In this document: positions 63,009 through 64,000 of the stretch, one piece after another
How positions within the stretch are numbered: the first letter of the stretch is position 1
How the letters are laid out: each line of letters begins with the position of its first letter
Source: Candidatus Latescibacterota bacterium
GTDB taxonomy: Bacteria; Latescibacterota; UBA2968
Length of the DNA: 64,000 nt
Reading direction: 5' to 3'
Assembly: GCA_965198115.1 (NCBI GenBank)
Contig: OZ240241.1
Coordinates: 7,200,001 to 7,264,000, forward strand
Program-made: the position numbers and the translations under genes
Notes under the pieces: model-generated
Database searches by the model: none
What the model was told of the DNA's origin: nothing
Seen by the model: only the letters and a program-made list of their open reading frames with translations

Positions 63009-64000
63009 ATGAGCGCTGATGAGAAACCGATGATTGGCATTACAGTGGGGGATCCGGCTGGTGTGGGTCCAGAGATCGTCGTAAAAGCCCTTGCCAACAG
63101 GGCGAGCTACGATGCGTGTCGACCCGTGGTCTACAGCGACCGGGCGATTCTGGAGCAGACGCTTGACCAGCTGGGGGCCGGTTTACAGCTGAACGTGGTT
63201 TCGTCCCCGCGCGACGGCCGGTACGAGATGGGCGCGATCGACTGCATCGACGTGGGATCGTTGCCCGAGCCAATCGCGATGGGTCAGGTGTCGAGGGAGG
63301 GGGGGCAGGCGGGCTACGCCTACCTGACCGCCGCGATCGATGCAGCGTTGGCCGAAGAAGTCGACGGGCTGGCGACGGCGCCCCTCAACAAGGAATCGCT
63401 GCAGGCTGGGGAAGTGCCGTTCATCGACCACACGGCGGCGCTGAAAGACCGTGCCGCATTACGCGAGCCGATGACGCTGTTCCTGGTTCGTGCGATGAAG
63501 ATCTTCTTCCTGACGCGTCACATATCCTTTCGTGAAATACCCGACGCGATTACGGAGGAGCTGATCGTGGATGCCGTTCCGCTGTGTGATCTCTACCTGA
63601 GGCAGCTGGGCGTGAAAGATCCGCTGTTGGCCGTCGCCGCGCTCAACCCGCACGGTGGTGAGCAGGGACTCTTCGGGCGAGAGGAGATGGAAGTGATTGC
63701 GCCGGCGGTCGAGAAGTCGAGGCTTTCAGGACAGAACATCGTGGGTCCGATTCCGGCGGATTCGGTTTTTCACCAGGCGCTGGAAGGCAAGTATGACGGT
63801 GTTCTCTCTCTGTATCACGACCAGGGACACATTGCCTCCAAGACGGTTGATTTCCACGGTACGGTGAGTCTGACGATGGGGTTGAAATTCCTGAGGACGT
63901 CCGTGGACCACGGAACGGCGTTCGATATCGCCGGGAAGGGTCTGGCCGAAGCGAAGGGCATGGTCGAGGCGATCAAAGCCGCGGGCCGTCATTCGCTGAG
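63009..64000 (+). CDS. pdxA: 4-hydroxythreonine-4-phosphate dehydrogenase family protein (runs off the window end)
   Basis: GITVGDPAGVGPEI, TAPLNKE, ALNPHGGE, YHDQGH, RTSVDHGTAFDIAGKG. Confidence 0.92.
   Translation, partial: MSADEKPMIGITVGDPAGVGPEIVVKALANRASYDACRPVVYSDRAILEQTLDQLGAGLQLNVVSSPRDGRYEMGAIDCIDVGSLPEPIAMGQVSREGGQAGYAYLTAAIDAALAEEVDGLATAPLNKESLQAGEVPFIDHTAALKDRAALREPMTLFLVRAMKIFFLTRHISFREIPDAITEELIVDAVPLCDLYLRQLGVKDPLLAVAALNPHGGEQGLFGREEMEVIAPAVEKSRLSGQNIVGPIPADSVFHQALEGKYDGVLSLYHDQGHIASKTVDFHGTVSLTMGLKFLRTSVDHGTAFDIAGKGLAEAKGMVEAIKAAGRHSL

Overview
Bacterial genomic DNA, moderately to highly GC-rich, with no rRNA, tRNA or canonical CRISPR array recognised. Both flanks look like host backbone. 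The left flank (1-14.3 kb) has two paralogous His-motif membrane proteins around a TPR-parvulin gene, a C69 peptidase, an MFS transporter, an ABC exporter pair and a PQQ-like propeller. The right flank (44-64 kb) has a large putative glycan enzyme, a PspA/DUF350/aminopropyltransferase cluster, HU, an epimerase, recJ, a 2OG-Fe(II) oxygenase, Nif3 and pdxA. Between them (~14.4-44 kb) is an IS-riddled accessory region. It holds a decayed defence island (GHKL ATPase, AspBHI/Mrr-like nuclease, DNA methyltransferase and type I-G cas3 fragments), a ~2000-codon LRR/FN3/Calx-beta surface protein, a TonB receptor, hsp20, a VanX-like fragment and a polyamine-type ABC importer. ISs in the window are IS630 x2, ISL3 x2, IS256 and IS1380, plus IS5, IS3, IS256 and IS1380 scraps. 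The most striking structure is a candidate two-tier repeat switch (28 heptamers plus a 62-bp unit with CRISPR-like geometry) inside the 5' coding region of the giant surface protein. Many 1-2 nt frameshifts suggest some assembly error, so lesion calls are provisional. All product calls come from motif recognition, not database searches.
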